A stretch of DNA of 64,000 bases from an uncultured delta proteobacterium (lineage in GTDB: Bacteria > Myxococcota_A > Polyangia > Polyangiales > Houyiibacteriaceae): NCBI GenBank assembly GCA_963699755.1, contig CAVOVB010000002.1, positions 256,001-320,000 on the forward strand, read 5' to 3'. A program made the translations under genes and the position numbers. Every line of letters starts with the position of its first letter. The stretch's first letter is position 1. The notes beneath the pieces were generated by a model that worked only from the letters and a program-made list of their open reading frames with translations, was not told where the DNA came from and did not search any database. Shown here in pieces: positions 51,208 through 61,324 of the stretch.

Positions 51208-52365
51208 ATGTACATCAACAAACGAGGCCTTCAGGAGATTGGGAAAGTCATCTTCAAGAGGCCGACCGTTGGCCGTCTGGTGACGACTGCCTGGGTCGCG
51301 CCGATCTATCTCGGTCTTCGCCAAGCTGCGGTGACATTCCGCGCCCTCGACGAGCTCGTCTGCCCCGAGTACCGCCACCAGAAGGTCGAGCGCCCGGTCT
51401 TCGTCTTCGCCAATCCACGGAGCGGCACCACCCTCGCCCATCGCCTCATCAGCATGGACGAAGAGGTCTTCACCACAGTGAAGCTCTACCAAACGATCTT
51501 CCCCGCCGTGACCGCAACCAAGACGTTCAAGCGGCTGATCGCGCTCGCACAGACCAGCATCGGCTCGGTCCTCAACCGCGCGTACGACCTTTTCAACGCC
51601 CCACTCGAGAGTCGCTGGCAGGAAGTCCATCACCTCAGTCTCGACCAAGCCGAGGAAGACGTGTGCACGCTGCTTTGGAGCCTGACCTCTCCGGCGACCG
51701 GTCTTCTCTTTCCGTTCATGGAAGACATGCCAAGCCAGACCTGGGTCGACCATCAGCCCCCCGAGGAGCGGCGCGCGTTCATGGAGTCGTATGAGAACAC
51801 CATCAAACGCCACGTGTTCGAAGCGGGCGGCAAACGCTTCTTGAACAAGAACGTATTTTTCTCGACCCGTGTTCGGTCCGTCTACGAAAAGTTCCCCGAT
51901 GCTGTGTTCGTGTACCTGGTCCGTGACCCGCACGACTGCCTTCCGTCGTTCTTGAACATGTTCTACCAGGCCTGGAAGGCGCACTCGCCGAGCATTCCTC
52001 CCGATGGGGAAGAGATTCAGGCGCTCAAACGGCTCGGCTACGACTACTATCGATATGCGCTCGAGTGCCGGAAAGAAATCCCAGAAGACCAGTTCATCGT
52101 AATTCGCTACGAGGACCTTGTCGGGGACCCGAAGAAGGCGATCTTGGATTTGTACGGCCGACTCGGCATGCCGGTGAGTGAGGCGTTCGAGGCCAAGCTC
52201 GACGAGGCCCTCGTGGACCATCACGACTACGAAAGCCCCAGGAATTTCGAGCTCGATTTCTTCGGAATCAGCCGAGAAGAGGTTTCTCACGAGCTCCGCG
52301 AAGTCTTCGAAGAGTTCGGCTACGAGAGTCCCGAAGAGGCCCGGTACCTCGAAGCCGCCGAATAG
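51208..52365 (+). CDS. Sulfotransferase family protein
   Basis: 5'-PSB loop PRSGTT, 3'-PB motif LVRDP...PS and IRYEDLV.DP. Confidence 0.85.
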   Translation: MYINKRGLQEIGKVIFKRPTVGRLVTTAWVAPIYLGLRQAAVTFRALDELVCPEYRHQKVERPVFVFANPRSGTTLAHRLISMDEEVFTTVKLYQTIFPAVTATKTFKRLIALAQTSIGSVLNRAYDLFNAPLESRWQEVHHLSLDQAEEDVCTLLWSLTSPATGLLFPFMEDMPSQTWVDHQPPEERRAFMESYENTIKRHVFEAGGKRFLNKNVFFSTRVRSVYEKFPDAVFVYLVRDPHDCLPSFLNMFYQAWKAHSPSIPPDGEEIQALKRLGYDYYRYALECRKEIPEDQFIVIRYEDLVGDPKKAILDLYGRLGMPVSEAFEAKLDEALVDHHDYESPRNFELDFFGISREEVSHELREVFEEFGYESPEEARYLEAAE

Positions 52366-52422
52366 GCGACCGCCGGCTAACACCGGTGGGGCAACGTTGT
52401 ACATTCCCCACTCGGAGGATGT

Positions 52423-53517
52423 ATGACGACGGACGTCGAAAGTCTCGAATTTCCCGGCAGCGATGGGCAGCCTCGCGCGGGTCGAATTGACTTGCCGGCT
52501 GTGAGGCCGATTGCCTGCGCTGTGTTCGCTCATTGCTTCACCTGCTCCAAGGACAGCAGAGCGGCAAGATATGTCGGTGCCGCTCTTGCGGAGAGGGGAA
52601 TCGCGACTCTCCGATTCGACTTCGCGGGACTGGGTGAGAGCGGAGGCGAGTTTGACAGCACGACGCTCGCTCACGACGCAGGCGATATCATTGCCGCTGC
52701 GGGCGCGTTGCACGAGGTCTACCCCGTCCCATTGCTACTCGTTGGGCATAGCCTCGGAGGAACGGCAGCTCTCGCCGCGGCTGGGCGAATTCCAGAGGCA
52801 GCCGGTGTCGCGACCATCGGTGCGCCTTTCGAACCCCAGCATGCCGCGGGAATCGGCAGCATGAGGAAGCCTCTGGTCGTCTTTCACTCCCCGCAGGACA
52901 ATGTCGTCGGGATCGACAACGCACGCAGGATTTACGAAGCCGCCCGTCACCCGAAGAGCTTCGTCTCTTTGGACGGAGCCGATCACCTGCTGGGCCGGCG
53001 GAGTGATGCGCGGTACGTCGCGGAGGTTCTGGCGGCCTGGGCAGACCGCTATTTGCCCGAACAGCCTGCTGAAGAGCCCCCGATGGATGCCCCCGAGGGC
53101 GAGGTCGTCGTCGAGGGAAAGACCATCAGCTTCTTGCAGCGAATTCAGGCGCGCCATCTAAGCTTCGCAGCCGACGAACCGATCGATAAGGGAGGTAGCG
53201 ATCTCGGTCCCAACCCGTACGAGCTCTTGCTCGCTGGACTCGGCGCATGTACCTCGATGACCTTGAAGATGTATGCGGGAAGGAAGGAGTGGCCTCTCGA
53301 AGCGGTACGGGTCACCCTGCGCCACGATCACGTTCACGCTAAAGATTGCGAAGACTGCGACAAGGACACCGGAATGATCGATGTGATCGAAAAGAAGCTC
53401 GAGCTCGAAGGCGCCCTCACTGAGGAGCAACGTGAGCGACTTCTCGAGATCTCGGCGCGCTGCCCGGTGCACCGAACCCTGGTCAACGAAATCAAGATCC
53501 GCTCGGAGCTCGCTTGA
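52423..53517 (+). CDS. Alpha/beta hydrolase - OsmC fusion protein
   Basis: AHCFTCSKD, GHSLGG and SFVSLDGADHLL. OsmC part: DEP...GG.D.GP.PY.LL.AGLGACT and CPVHRTL. Confidence 0.9.
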   Translation: MTTDVESLEFPGSDGQPRAGRIDLPAVRPIACAVFAHCFTCSKDSRAARYVGAALAERGIATLRFDFAGLGESGGEFDSTTLAHDAGDIIAAAGALHEVYPVPLLLVGHSLGGTAALAAAGRIPEAAGVATIGAPFEPQHAAGIGSMRKPLVVFHSPQDNVVGIDNARRIYEAARHPKSFVSLDGADHLLGRRSDARYVAEVLAAWADRYLPEQPAEEPPMDAPEGEVVVEGKTISFLQRIQARHLSFAADEPIDKGGSDLGPNPYELLLAGLGACTSMTLKMYAGRKEWPLEAVRVTLRHDHVHAKDCEDCDKDTGMIDVIEKKLELEGALTEEQRERLLEISARCPVHRTLVNEIKIRSELA

Positions 53518-55502
53518 CGACACTCGCTTCGATCAACAAGGTTTCGCTCGCGCTGGGTGGAGAGGTGCTCTTCGATGGGCTGTCGCTTCAGGTGCACCAG
53601 GGCGATCACATCGGTCTGGTGGGTCCGAACGGATCAGGGAAATCGAGCCTATTCCGCTTGCTCGCCGGCAAGATCGAACCCGACGGCGGCAGCGTCAAAA
53701 CGCTGCCTGGAGTGCGAGTCGGCTTTTTGCCCCAGGAGATCGCTTCGTTTCCGAACGAGCAGGTGCTGACCTTCGTGTACGACAGCGTGCCCGGCCGGCC
53801 CGAGCTTCGCGCGGAGCTCGAACGGTGCGAAGCTCGGTTGGCCGCGCTCGAGCACGATAGCCACGCCAACCACGATGAGCTGGTCGCTGTGGCGAGCACC
53901 GTCGCAGAGCTTCACGAACGAACCGCCGTGCTGGATGCTCAGTTCTCCGAGCACGACGCCAAAAAGATTCTGCACGGGCTGGGCTTCACCCAAGACGACC
54001 ACCAGCGCCTCTTGTCGGAGCTCAGCGGCGGCTGGAAAATGCGCGCCGTGTTGGCCTCACTCTTGTTTCAAAGACCTGGGCTACTGCTCCTCGACGAGCC
54101 CACCAACCATCTGGACATGCCATCGGTCGCGTGGTTCTCGAAGTTCTTGAGCGGCTACGATCAAGCCCTCTTTCTCGTCTCCCACGATAGGGAGTTCCTG
54201 AACGAGCAGGTTAACCGAGTGGTCAGCTTCGAGCCGGAAGGCGTCCGGACCTTTCGAGGGAACTACGAGCGGTATCTATTGCAGCGGGAGGAAGAGCGGC
54301 AGCTTCTAGAGAACCGGGCGAAGAATCTGGAGAAGGAGAAGGAACACCTCGAGCAGTTCGTGCGACGTTTCCGCGCCAAAGCGAGCAAGGCGGCTCAGGT
54401 TCAAAGCCGTGTTCGCAAGCTCGAGAAGATGGACTCTGTGGAGCTCCACGCCTCCGCACGCGAAGTTCGTTTCTCGTTTCCGGCGACCGATCGTGGCGCG
54501 CGCACCCCGATGCGAGTGGATGACCTCTGCAAGTCGTTTGGCGAGCATGTAGTATTCGACCGCGTGACGCTTGCGGTGGAGCGCGGCGATCGCATCGCGA
54601 TCGTTGGACCCAACGGCGCCGGCAAGACCACGCTCCTGAAGATCTTGGCCGGTGAAATCGAGGCTTCGGCAGGACGCGTGCATCTGCCGGGGCAATCGAA
54701 CGTCCGGTATTTCGCACAGCACCACACGGACGCCCTCGACATGCAACGCACGGTGATAGAAGAGGTCGCCTATGCCAGCGATGGCACGAGCGTGGAGGGT
54801 GTCAGGAAGGTGCTCGGTGCCATGTTGTTCGGCGAGCGAGCGATCGACAAACGAATCTCGGTTCTCTCCGGCGGTGAACGGGCGCGGGTCGCCCTCGCCA
54901 AGATCCTCGTTCGCCCCGGCAACGTCTTGTTGATGGACGAGCCGACGAACCACCTCGACCTTCAAACCACCGAGTCCCTCACCGAGGCGCTCGCCACCTA
55001 CGACGGCACCCTACTCTTCGTCAGCCACAACCGAGGCTTCATCCGTCGCCTCGCGACCAAGCTCTGGGTCGTGCACGACGGCGGCGTCGAAAACTATCCG
55101 GGCACCCTCGACGACTACCTCTGGTCCTGCCAGCAGCGGGATCTCACCCCTGCGACGGAGGGCGCAACCAAGCCGGCGGCTCAGAAGAGAAGTCGGAACG
55201 CCCGAAAGGAGCAGAGACGGAAGGAGGCCGAGCTTCGATCCAAGCAGAATCAGGGCGTGAGGCCGCTGGAGAAACGCGTTGGAGAGCTCGAACAATCGAT
55301 TGCAAGGCTCGAAAAAAAGATCGCCAAGGGCAATGAGGAGCTGAGCAAGCCCGAGGTATATGGCGAGCCCGAGCGCCGCGATAGGCTACTGCACGAGGCG
55401 CGGACGGCGCAGCGGGAGCTGGAACGCGCCTTCGACGAATGGACCGAATCGAACGAGAGGCTGGAACAGCTCCGCGGGGAGCTGAAATCCATGGAGGGTT
55501 GA
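53514..55502 (+). CDS. ABC-F family ATPase with C-terminal coiled coil
   Basis: Two ABC domains ([21 protein letters not shown] and [21 protein letters not shown]) and no TM domains. Confidence 0.93.
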   Translation: MTTLASINKVSLALGGEVLFDGLSLQVHQGDHIGLVGPNGSGKSSLFRLLAGKIEPDGGSVKTLPGVRVGFLPQEIASFPNEQVLTFVYDSVPGRPELRAELERCEARLAALEHDSHANHDELVAVASTVAELHERTAVLDAQFSEHDAKKILHGLGFTQDDHQRLLSELSGGWKMRAVLASLLFQRPGLLLLDEPTNHLDMPSVAWFSKFLSGYDQALFLVSHDREFLNEQVNRVVSFEPEGVRTFRGNYERYLLQREEERQLLENRAKNLEKEKEHLEQFVRRFRAKASKAAQVQSRVRKLEKMDSVELHASAREVRFSFPATDRGARTPMRVDDLCKSFGEHVVFDRVTLAVERGDRIAIVGPNGAGKTTLLKILAGEIEASAGRVHLPGQSNVRYFAQHHTDALDMQRTVIEEVAYASDGTSVEGVRKVLGAMLFGERAIDKRISVLSGGERARVALAKILVRPGNVLLMDEPTNHLDLQTTESLTEALATYDGTLLFVSHNRGFIRRLATKLWVVHDGGVENYPGTLDDYLWSCQQRDLTPATEGATKPAAQKRSRNARKEQRRKEAELRSKQNQGVRPLEKRVGELEQSIARLEKKIAKGNEELSKPEVYGEPERRDRLLHEARTAQRELERAFDEWTESNERLEQLRGELKSMEG

Positions 55503-55504
55503 GT

Positions 55505-55792
55505 ATGAAGAAGCTGACCGACGCGGAAATCGCCGCCCAGATGCTGGCGCTCCCGAATTGGGAGCTGGGAACGGACCGCATTCGTCGCGTGTTCCGCTTC
55601 AAAGACTTCGTCGAGGCCTTTGGCTGGATGAGCAGCGTCGCCATCGTAGCCGAATCGATGAATCACCATCCCGAGTGGCGCAATGTCTGGGCAACCGTAG
55701 AGGTGGAGCTCAGCACGCACGACGCCGGCGGGCTCACCGAGCTAGACATGAAGCTCGCCGCCAAGATGGACGAGCTCAGCCGCCTCGGCTGA
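55505..55792 (+). CDS. Pterin-4-alpha-carbinolamine dehydratase
   Basis: F.F.DF..AF, NHHPEW.NV and [10 protein letters not shown]. Confidence 0.92.
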   Translation: MKKLTDAEIAAQMLALPNWELGTDRIRRVFRFKDFVEAFGWMSSVAIVAESMNHHPEWRNVWATVEVELSTHDAGGLTELDMKLAAKMDELSRLG

Positions 55793-55812
55793 CCCTGCCT
55801 TGCGTCTCACCG

Positions 55813-57924
55813 TCAGTAGGTCGCCGTGGCGACCGGCGTAGTCAGGTCGTCTAGGTTGTGGACTCTGATGCCGCCGTAGCTGATCGAGTAGATGAAGTCT
55901 TCGTCGTCACCGCTGATGAAAACGCCGCGGGTGATCTGTGGCTGGTAGCCGCACTGAAGGTAGAAATCGTCTACCGGATACGGGGCGCCAGCGCAGCCAC
56001 TGACGACCAGGTCGGAGTGATCGACGGCGCCGAGACGCTTGAAGCCGTCCGCAACGGTGACCTCATAGAGCTCGAGAGTGCTCGAGAAGTTGCCCTCATA
56101 GGACACGAACGGGAACGCCAACAGACCCTTCTCGGCGTAGAAGTTGAACGCCTTGTGGTTGTGGTTCGCTTCCGAGTAGCCCTCGCCGACGATCTCCTTG
56201 TGCGCAAGGATCGGGTTTGTCGGGTCGGACACATCGAAGATCTGCAGAGCGGTTCCGTTTTCCCTCTGCGTCGTTTCGTCCACATCGCGACCGATCGTCA
56301 ATAGATGGCTGTCAGCAAGTGGATGGATGTATTCGCTGAAGCCCGGGATCTTGAGCTGGCCGAGAACCTTGGGGCTTTCCGGATCGCTGAGATCGATCAC
56401 GAAGAGTGGGTCCACTCGCAAGAACGTCACGACGTAGGCGAGGTCTCCGATGAATCGGGCGGATTCAATCGACTCCCCCTCCGCGAGCGGCGGCGTCGAG
56501 CCTGCAAGCTCGAGCGTGTTGCCCTCGAGCCTAAGGGTGCTCACCAGATTATCCCTAATTGGCGGAATCCAAATCTCCGGCGCCCCAAGATCGGGGTTGC
56601 GGCTCGGCCAAGTGGTACGGGTCGTCGCGAGCCGGATGATCCCGGCCCGCTCATCGATCGAGAACTGGTCGTTGACGGTGCCCTGAACGAAACCCGATCC
56701 CTGATAGGGGGTCCGTTGCTGCTCGGACGAAACCGCAAAACGGTGCACCGCGGTTCGGTCGCTGTTCACGCCACGTTCGTAGTAGGTCCAATCCGGCTGA
56801 GTGAGCACCATCGTCTCGCTGTTGGCATAGACCTGATTCGCTTCGCCCAGAATCGACGTGATTCGGGTCGGGCTATCGCTCGCGATGTCGAGGCCGACGA
56901 TCTGCGTGAGCCCGTAATTAGTGAGGCCCGGCTCCGGCGAGTAGAAGTCGGTGCATTGCACCGGCTGCTCCACAATTTCGCCGTCGATCCGTTCGCCCCA
57001 GACTGGCACCCAGTCCGCCAGGCTCGTCTCGCGAATCGCGTCTTTGGCCTGCGCTGCCCAGATGCGGGCACGAGCGATTTCTGCCTCGCGCGTCTCTGGG
57101 TAGGTTTCGCCGTTGTAGACGACCTCGTAGAGGTGCGGCACGGTGCCCGGTCTTTGCATGCTGCTCTGCACGACGGCGCGAACGATGCCGTCATGCCGAC
57201 GCGAAGAGGTATACCAACCGTCTACGTACACCTCGCGCACCGCCTCGGGCGCATCGCCGCTCAGGTCGATCACGGTGATCTTCACGAAGGAACGGCCGCA
57301 GTAATAGAAGCTGCCGTCGACGTCAGCCAACGCGGGCTCGGGGCCGCCGCCGTAGTAGTAGCCTTGGCAAAGGTCGCCATCATCGAGCGCCTCGACACCA
57401 TAGGCATTGGAGAACACCACGGCGCGGTCGCCTTCGACGAACATCTCCATGGGACCGCCCTCGATCTCGAGGTCGGCGACCTTGGAGGTCTGTGATGCCG
57501 GCCAGGAATCAAACTCGTAGAAACCGTTGCCGCGAATCACGAAGAGCTTCCGGCCGTCGTCGCCGACTTTGACGATGTCCGCCTCGTCGACATCGGCCAC
57601 CTGTCGGTTGGTATCCGAGAATCCGGACGGAGCCTCGGCCCCCGCATCACCCTCGGCCACGGGGGCTCCCGGGAGGAGCGGGCCACCGAAGTCACCGTCG
57701 ACCGCGACCGCGCCGCCCCATCGGTCGTAGTACTCCTGGCTGATGAAGGACTCGAGCTCGAGCTCCACCTTGGCGATCGCGTCCTCTCGAACGGCGTCGA
57801 GCACGTCCTCGCAGCTCGTCGCCTGCCTCAGGGCAGCCTCGTACTGGCTCACCTCCGGGCTGTTCGTGCAACCTATCGAGCCCCCGATCAGCACCAGGCA
57901 AAGCATTCCGATGAACTTTCGCAT
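55813..57924 (-). CDS. Secreted beta-propeller domain lipoprotein
   Basis: AGGAGG RBS and lipobox SIGC. SDTN.QV..VDEADIVK, NDQFSIDE, RFIGD.AYVVTF..VDPLFVIDLS and LKIPGFSEY.HP. Confidence 0.85.
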   Translation of the reverse strand: MRKFIGMLCLVLIGGSIGCTNSPEVSQYEAALRQATSCEDVLDAVREDAIAKVELELESFISQEYYDRWGGAVAVDGDFGGPLLPGAPVAEGDAGAEAPSGFSDTNRQVADVDEADIVKVGDDGRKLFVIRGNGFYEFDSWPASQTSKVADLEIEGGPMEMFVEGDRAVVFSNAYGVEALDDGDLCQGYYYGGGPEPALADVDGSFYYCGRSFVKITVIDLSGDAPEAVREVYVDGWYTSSRRHDGIVRAVVQSSMQRPGTVPHLYEVVYNGETYPETREAEIARARIWAAQAKDAIRETSLADWVPVWGERIDGEIVEQPVQCTDFYSPEPGLTNYGLTQIVGLDIASDSPTRITSILGEANQVYANSETMVLTQPDWTYYERGVNSDRTAVHRFAVSSEQQRTPYQGSGFVQGTVNDQFSIDERAGIIRLATTRTTWPSRNPDLGAPEIWIPPIRDNLVSTLRLEGNTLELAGSTPPLAEGESIESARFIGDLAYVVTFLRVDPLFVIDLSDPESPKVLGQLKIPGFSEYIHPLADSHLLTIGRDVDETTQRENGTALQIFDVSDPTNPILAHKEIVGEGYSEANHNHKAFNFYAEKGLLAFPFVSYEGNFSSTLELYEVTVADGFKRLGAVDHSDLVVSGCAGAPYPVDDFYLQCGYQPQITRGVFISGDDEDFIYSISYGGIRVHNLDDLTTPVATATY

Positions 57925-58061
57925 TCTCTTCCTCCTAGCTGCGCCTACGAACAAGCAAGGGACGTGCCGAACCAAAACCCTAGCAATTTCAAATTAGCCA
58001 CTGGGCCAGGATGTGCCATTCGGATCAGCCTTGCGCTCTTGTTAGGGACTTCTAATGAAGC

Positions 58062-58082
58062 TGCAATTCATTTTCATTTGCA
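58062..58082. promoter_or_regulatory. Possible Fur-box-like site
   Basis: AT-rich TGCAATTCATTTTCATTTGCA (reverse TGCAAATGAAAATGAATTGCA), 17 bp upstream of the porin ATG. Confidence 0.4.
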
Positions 58083-58099
58083 AGAGGGAGAGAGCGAAC

Positions 58100-59449
58100 A
58101 TGACCAGTCGATACAGCGACTTCGCGCTGATTTGCGGAATGCTGCTGGGACTGACCGGCTGGAGCGACGGAACAGCCAGCCCCCAGGACAGCGCACCCTC
58201 CCCGGAGACCGACGCCCGCACGGACGCTGACACTGGCGCTGACGCTGGCGCTGACGCTGACGCTGACGGCCCTGAAATGATCTTGGCTCCCGGTGAGGTC
58301 GACAACGAAGAGCCCGATCCCGGGCAATACCGGGTCGAAATCGACCCGCTGCGCGGCATGCAGCAAGGGCGTATGCGCCGCGAGCAGAGGACCACAATCG
58401 GCGGCTACGGCGAGCTGCACCTGAACACGGTGAAACCCGAGGACGACGACTTCAGCTGCATCTTGGACTTCCGCCGTTTCGTCATCTTCTTCGCCCACCG
58501 CTTCAACGATCGCTTCCAGTTCTATTCCAAAGTGGAGCTCGAACACGCGTTCGTCGCCAACAGCGACGGTGTGGCGATTCCCGAATTGGTGCGGATCGAG
58601 CAAGCCATGCTCGACTGGCGACTTCTCAAAGGCTCGAGCACGGCGCTCTACCTGCGAACCGGTGCGATCTTGGTGCCGATCAGCATCATCAACCAATGGC
58701 ACGAGCCCCCGATCTTCAACGGCGTCGAGCGCCCAACGGTCGACCGCATCGTCATTCCAACGACCTGGCGAGAAGGCGGCATCGGCATCTGGGGCCAACC
58801 CAACGACAGGTTCCGCTACGAGCTCTACATCCTGAGCGGCCTCGACGCGAGCGGCTTCTCGGGCAGGAGCGGCCTTCGCGGCGGCCGCCTCAAGATGACC
58901 CAGGCGGAGCTCAACGGGCCGGCATTCGTCGGCCGTGCGGAATGGGAGCCCGTGCTCGGCACGGTGCTCGGGGTGTCGCCGTACTTCGGTTTGGCAGGGC
59001 CTCGCCAGCTCCCGGACGTCAACGTGAAAGTCAGCGGAGCCTCCGGCGATCGCCGCATCCTCCGCAAGGGCTTCGAGTCCCGATTCCTGATCGCCTAATT
59101 CGACATCAGCAATACCACCGAGCTTCGCGAAATTCCCGACGGGGAAACGGACCCGATCAGCACGGTCGGCTCGAACATCTTCGGCGTGTACGGAGAGCTC
59201 GGCTACAACGTCCTCAACTACGTGGATACCGAGATGGCGCTGGTGCCCTGCGTGCGCGTTGACTACTACGATACGACCTTCCGAGAATCGGATCCGGACT
59301 TCAACTTGCCAGCCTATCTGGTGCCCACCATCGGGCTGAGCTACCGCCCCATTCGGCAGGTCGTCTTCAAGTTCGACTACCAGTATGAACGGCCGTCCAG
59401 CGGTGCGATCGTCAATCGTTGGAATGTCGGCATGGGCTGCATGTTCTGA
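58100..59449 (+). pseudogene. Outer-membrane porin-like beta-barrel gene interrupted by an in-frame TAA at 59096-59098
   Basis: IGGYGELH.N, VELEH, N.WHEPP.F.GVERP and IPTTWRE.G. The frame continues after TAA (FDISNTT...GELGYNV...VVFKFDYQ...GMGCMF) to a terminal Phe. Confidence 0.78.
58223..58270 (+). repeat. Degenerate 6-bp tandem repeat (GACGCT) x8 encoding DADTGADAGADADADG
   Basis: GACGCT GACACT GGCGCT GACGCT GGCGCT GACGCT GACGCT GACGGC read directly. Confidence 0.85.
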
Positions 59450-59532
59450 GCCGATCCCGAGTCGTGGAACGTGCTTGGTCCGCTCGCCCGATCTCGCATG
59501 GCAAGCGGTCGCAAGCCTGGTACGGTCTGCGC

Positions 59533-60666
59533 ATGCGACTCTTGTTGGCCCTCGTTGCGTCGACTCTACTCGCCTCGACCGCTCACGCGGAGGGCTGGCA
59601 CGGCTCTGCAGCAGGCGGTGCCGACTTCGCGTTCGTCCCCGAGGTGACGGGCTTTGGCTTCGTCCTCTTCGAGGCGACCGGCGAAGACAAAGTCGGAAAG
59701 GGTGATGTTCGCCTTCTCTTCAACACCGATACCATCCACCTGGAGATCGAACGAATTCCCCTAGGCAAGAACTTCGAGCTCTCCGTCGCTCTTCGCGGCG
59801 AAGTGTTCTTCGCTGGACTGCTTCGCTACTACTACGAGCAAGGTCTTCGTCGCTCGGACCTGGGATTCAACGCGAGCTACGTGGCCCTACTGCCCAAGCT
59901 TCAGTGGCACTTCGCAGACCACCAAACGCTCGAGGTCCTCACCAACGTTCGCTACTGGTTCTTCGGCGGCAACAAGGACTACCCACCAGGCTATTTCCTT
60001 CCCGCCAACACCGTGGTGTTCGAGCCGCGGCTCGGATACATTTATTGGAACATCGACTCGCCCGCTGAGGAGTACCGCGCGTCCAAGCTCTTCCCGCGGA
60101 TTGAGGGCGTCGCCGTCGGCGCATCGGTCGGCGCGGACGTGCGCTCCGAGGTGCGCCCATGGGGATTCGTGACGGATCAGCCCGACCGGAACGACCCCAA
60201 CAAGGCGATCTGGACTCTCAACCAATGGCTGCGCGCGGGCTGGCAGACAGGGGACTACTTCCGGCTGGAGCTTCAGGAAACGTTCAACTGGGGCTGGTTT
60301 CAAGATGACCTCACGCGCCTGCGGGTCGGGGGCATGAACCCTTACGTCGTCGTCGTCCCCGGCTTGCCCTGGTCGGCCAGCATCTCGGAGCGCCTCGCGC
60401 TCGCGCAGCTCAGCGGTCACGTCCGACCCAAGAAGGGCAAGCCGCAAGAGCTCGGCCTGCTGGTCGCTGGCGGCACCATCAACGACCCGCGCCGTCAGGG
60501 GCTTCTCAGTGATTTCGCCGGGATCGGCGGTCTCGCCCTCTTCACCGATCTTCGCTGGGGCCGCTGGCAGGTCTACGCACGCCTCGGATGGGCGTTCCCG
60601 ACGAGCTGGCTGCTCGACAACCCACACGTCTCGGGCTTCGTAGGCCTTGGCGTCGACGCGTTCTGA
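59533..60666 (+). CDS. Hypothetical secreted protein, probable outer-membrane beta-barrel
   Basis: Signal peptide ending AHA, aromatic-rich amphipathic strands and C-terminal GLGVDAF. Confidence 0.6.
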   Translation: MRLLLALVASTLLASTAHAEGWHGSAAGGADFAFVPEVTGFGFVLFEATGEDKVGKGDVRLLFNTDTIHLEIERIPLGKNFELSVALRGEVFFAGLLRYYYEQGLRRSDLGFNASYVALLPKLQWHFADHQTLEVLTNVRYWFFGGNKDYPPGYFLPANTVVFEPRLGYIYWNIDSPAEEYRASKLFPRIEGVAVGASVGADVRSEVRPWGFVTDQPDRNDPNKAIWTLNQWLRAGWQTGDYFRLELQETFNWGWFQDDLTRLRVGGMNPYVVVVPGLPWSASISERLALAQLSGHVRPKKGKPQELGLLVAGGTINDPRRQGLLSDFAGIGGLALFTDLRWGRWQVYARLGWAFPTSWLLDNPHVSGFVGLGVDAF

Positions 60667-60672
60667 ACCGCC

Positions 60673-61254
60673 TCACGGAAAGGTGACGAGGAGCAGCTTG
60701 ATCTCGACTTCGTCTTCGAGGCTGATCTTCGCGGCGACGCTGTCGGTGCCGATGCCATAGTCGTTGCGATCGAGCGTGAGCTTGCCCTTGTAGGCCGTGG
60801 TATCCACGCCGGCACCGTTCTTTCCTTTGGCGATCTTGAATGGGATGCTGACCAACTTCGACACACCGTGCATCGTCAGGTTGCCTGTCGCGACCAGTTG
60901 ATTTCCTTGCATCTTCACCCCGGTAGAAGCGAACCGAATCATGGGATACTTCGCAGCGTCGAAGAAATCCGGACCCTTGAGGTGATTGTCCCGTTTGACG
61001 TTCTTGGTGTTGAGCGAATCGACCTCGATGTTGGCCTCCACTTTGACGGTCTCAGGCTTGCTCGGGTCGCCATCCACGATGACGCTGAATTTCTCGAACT
61101 CGCCGTCGACGTCAAACAGCACCGTAGCCGCGGTGAAGCTCACTTTGCTGTGAACCGTGTCGAGCTTGAGGGGCGAAAAAGCGGCAAGAGCCGTCGAGCT
61201 GAGCAAGATGGCGCCGAGCGTTACACCGAGGACGTTGCGAATCGCATGCTTCAT
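60673..61254 (-). CDS. YceI family periplasmic lipid/polyisoprenoid-binding protein
   Basis: Signal peptide, D..HS.V.F, RDNHLK..DFFD..KYP, G.LTMHGV and LDR.DYG. Confidence 0.9.
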   Translation of the reverse strand: MKHAIRNVLGVTLGAILLSSTALAAFSPLKLDTVHSKVSFTAATVLFDVDGEFEKFSVIVDGDPSKPETVKVEANIEVDSLNTKNVKRDNHLKGPDFFDAAKYPMIRFASTGVKMQGNQLVATGNLTMHGVSKLVSIPFKIAKGKNGAGVDTTAYKGKLTLDRNDYGIGTDSVAAKISLEDEVEIKLLLVTFP

Positions 61255-61324
61255 GGACTGTTTCCTTTCGTTGATGGCCCTGCGTATGCATGAGCCATTG
61301 GGATGTTTCAGACGGCCACCTGGC

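Noticed and set aside
51181..52713. 510-aa antisense ORF over the sulfotransferase
   Set aside because: Shadow ORF typical of high-GC coding DNA. It has no recognisable motifs, while the opposite strand has a clear family.
59096..59098. Stop-codon recoding (selenocysteine, pyrrolysine or alternative code)
   Set aside because: The codon is TAA, not TGA or TAG, and other genes in the window terminate normally at all three stops.
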